This document shows, piece after piece, positions 61,886 through 64,000 of a stretch of 64,000 bases of DNA. Origin of the DNA: Candidatus Marinacidobacterales bacterium. Lineage in GTDB: Bacteria; Acidobacteriota; Vicinamibacteria; Marinacidobacterales; SMYC01. The notes below the pieces were generated by a model. It saw only the letters and a list, made by a program, of their open reading frames with translations, was not told the DNA's origin and searched no databases. The stretch spans positions 7,584,001 to 7,648,000 of the forward strand of contig OZ250169.1 in the NCBI GenBank assembly GCA_965237955.1, read 5' to 3'. The stretch's first letter is position 1. Each line of letters begins with the position of its first letter. The position numbers and the translations under genes are program-made.

Positions 61886-61938
61886 CCTTAGCTTTCTCCG
61901 CTGTTCTCCGCGTTCCTGGATAGAATCTCCTATCTGTC

Positions 61939-62877
61939 TCAGTCTTTCAACGTATCCAGTATGGCCAGTTGCTCCTCCAGCGGCTGTTCGAGGAATGCGT
62001 CGAACTCCCGGTAGAATTCATGTTTGTCCTCCATGTCGACGTACTCCGCCAGCGCGGCTTCCCAACCGAGTCTGGACACGGCGGGATAGTACTTGGTGCG
62101 TAGCTCCGCGATGCGCTGCGACTCGGATTCGTGGATCATGAAGGCAACAGCCCAGGCCCCGGCCTGATAGCCGAGGGGGCGATAGTACTTCTTGGCTTCA
62201 TCATCCGCCTTGTCGATATCTTCCATCTGCTCGATACCGAACGGATCGGGAACTTCATGAACGACGGCCATCGCACTGGACAGCATGCTGCGAAGTGTGC
62301 CCCATCCCCTCTTTTCGCCCAGGTAACTGGCAAAAAAGGTAGCACCACCCTCCACCATCCAAGTAGGAGTGAACCCAAAACACTTCTGGAAGACGTGCGT
62401 GTATTCGTGCAGTGCCCCCATGGACAAGCCGACGCCTTTCCCTCGCGGGTTGATGTAGATGATCTCGGCGAACGGTGGATCGCCGACGCCGATCGGGACC
62501 CCCGACGTGTAGAGTTCACCCTGGCCGGACACCGTTTTCTTGATCAACTCAGCTGCTTGATCCTCTCCCGTTCCGTTCCGGAGACGAGTGTACTGGTCGA
62601 TGACCCGTTGATGGAATCCTTCGCTGTCCACTTCGGGATCCTGTTGCCCCAGAACGTACACGTAAACTTGACCATAGTTTCCGAAATAACGTCGCGCCTC
62701 GTCGATACCTTCGCGAATACTAGTGAACAAATCGGAAGCATCCTCTTCGTTGTACAGGTATTGCGGAGGCTCGTACACCGGCCTCCACCACGGAGGGGCC
62801 GGATTGCCCTGGGCCTGGACGTGCTGACCCATAGACGCCATGAATACGAGGAACAAGCCGGCGATGACGATTCTCAT
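61939..62877 (-). CDS. secreted protein with HExxH motif (gluzincin-like metallopeptidase)
   Basis: Signal peptide; HEYTHVFQ followed by PTWMVEGGA. Confidence 0.65.
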   Translation of the reverse strand: MRIVIAGLFLVFMASMGQHVQAQGNPAPPWWRPVYEPPQYLYNEEDASDLFTSIREGIDEARRYFGNYGQVYVYVLGQQDPEVDSEGFHQRVIDQYTRLRNGTGEDQAAELIKKTVSGQGELYTSGVPIGVGDPPFAEIIYINPRGKGVGLSMGALHEYTHVFQKCFGFTPTWMVEGGATFFASYLGEKRGWGTLRSMLSSAMAVVHEVPDPFGIEQMEDIDKADDEAKKYYRPLGYQAGAWAVAFMIHESESQRIAELRTKYYPAVSRLGWEAALAEYVDMEDKHEFYREFDAFLEQPLEEQLAILDTLKD

Positions 62878-63114
62878 GGATCGACGGGCAGGAGATTTGA
62901 TTCTCCGTGAGCCTGCCGCCGCGGTCCGGGGTCGGGGGGGTGGCTGGGATAAAGATGTTCGCGGACTCATCCTCGATCTCCCGAGTCACCATCTCCGCCT
63001 GCGGAGGAATGCCTGCGGAGACCTTGGCGCTTTAGAGTTAGCAGTGGCCCGGGGACCACCCCGAAGCCACGTGAATACACTGTGACAGCGGACCCAGATC
63101 TTGTCAAGGCCAAG

Positions 63115-63245
63115 TGAAGTGGACCCCGTTTTCTAGACCAGGGGTTAAGGTGGAAAACGTAGCCTGCTCCATGACAAAGGAGCAGCAAATGAAGAAGACA
63201 CGAACGAAACACAGTCCGGAGTTCAAGGCGAGGATCGAGCTCGGT
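63115..63245 (+). mobile_element. IS3-family left-end remnant
   Basis: TGAAGTGGACCCC..TAGACCA end, AAGGAG RBS, MKKTRTKHSPEFKARI, then breaks off. Confidence 0.6.
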
Positions 63246-63449
63246 TGGGTTTGGGAGTATCGCAACTGTTGTGTCATCCAAGGCTGCTGTGACAAATCTC
63301 CGATTTGGGCCCCCCTCCGGCACTCGAACCTAAGCCTGTCGCAGAGCTACACCCCGAGTCGACCTGACGGCTCCTGGCGATATATGCTGCAGCATCGAAC
63401 AGCGTGAAGACATCTGTCCCTGACGATCTGAGGAGTGAGGAGCCGTCTG

Positions 63450-63755
63450 ATGAAACGAGTGATTGTCCGCTACACGGTGAAATCGGATCGAGCAGAGGAG
63501 AACGCGGACTACGTCCGCAAGGTTTTCGCCGCGCTTGCCGCCTCGGCGCCCGGCGGCCTTCGTTACATGACTTTCCAGGCCGACGACGGGGTGTCCTTTA
63601 CCCACATCGCGTCCATTGAGACGGAGGATGGTAGTAATCCTCTGGGCGACACTCCGGCGTTCAAGCAGTTCCAAGCAGATCTCGAGGATCGCTGCAAGGT
63701 CCCACCCGCGGCGACGACGGTGAACCTGGTAGGCAGCTACCGCTTCATGGACTGA
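63450..63755 (+). CDS. small dimeric alpha-beta barrel (ABM-like) hypothetical protein
   Basis: MKRVIVRYTVK.DRAEEN..VFAAL..LRY.TF..DGVSF.H; GAGGAG RBS. Confidence 0.7.
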   Translation: MKRVIVRYTVKSDRAEENADYVRKVFAALAASAPGGLRYMTFQADDGVSFTHIASIETEDGSNPLGDTPAFKQFQADLEDRCKVPPAATTVNLVGSYRFMD

Positions 63756-63768
63756 CGGTCGGACACCT

Positions 63769-64000
63769 ATGGATTCGCGAGCACCGATCCTGAATGCGGC
63801 CGCCGTTGGGCTGCTCTCCGTTCTCATGACGGCTGATACGAGTCTAGGTTCCGCTCCGCAGGACAACCCGCATCGGGTGGTCTACGAGGGCACCGACGGA
63901 CCCGGCGCTGGCAAACACGTCGTCCTGATCGCCGGCGACCACGAGTATCGGTCCGAAGAGATTCTGCCGGCGCTCGGACGCATCCTCGCAAGGAACTTCG
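63769..64000 (+). CDS. ThuA-like domain protein, 3'-partial
   Basis: Signal peptide, then VVYEG..GPGAGKHVVLIAGDHEYRSEE.LP.L.RILA. Confidence 0.7.
   Translation, partial: MDSRAPILNAAAVGLLSVLMTADTSLGSAPQDNPHRVVYEGTDGPGAGKHVVLIAGDHEYRSEEILPALGRILARNF

Noticed and set aside
61000-61900. TnpB/IscB RNA-guided nuclease next to tnpA
   Set aside because: No room or ORF between the two end hairpins; the element is tnpA-only.

Overview
GC-rich bacterial chromosomal segment. The gene repertoire (Oar-type TonB receptor, Ser/Thr kinase-TolB fusion, many sulfatase-like lipoproteins) suggests Acidobacteria, but this is inference only. The left two-thirds holds cell-envelope glycosylation genes (GT2, GT4, GT39/GT-C-like, DegT aminotransferase, radical SAM, methyltransferase, FAD oxidoreductase). 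It also holds a variant cytochrome c maturation system: ccmE with CxxxY, ccmF, Cys-rich ccmH, two extra genes and ccmAB, with ccmCD 11 kb away. Mobile DNA comprises two ISL3, two IS630 each with an appended inverted MITE, one IS5/IS903-like, one IS200 and several IS3/integrase remnants. There are many deletion-scar chimeric pseudogenes, and many single-base frameshifts that look like long-read homopolymer errors. No rRNA, complete tRNA or CRISPR array was seen. The most unusual signals are: (i) a ~480-nt non-coding ISL3 leader built from repeated DnaA-box-containing hairpins around an AT-rich core, with one loop resembling both the insertion target and the IS end; (ii) dispersed 7-10 bp tandem and inverted repeat elements at stop codons; (iii) the IS630+MITE composite; (iv) the ccm variant.
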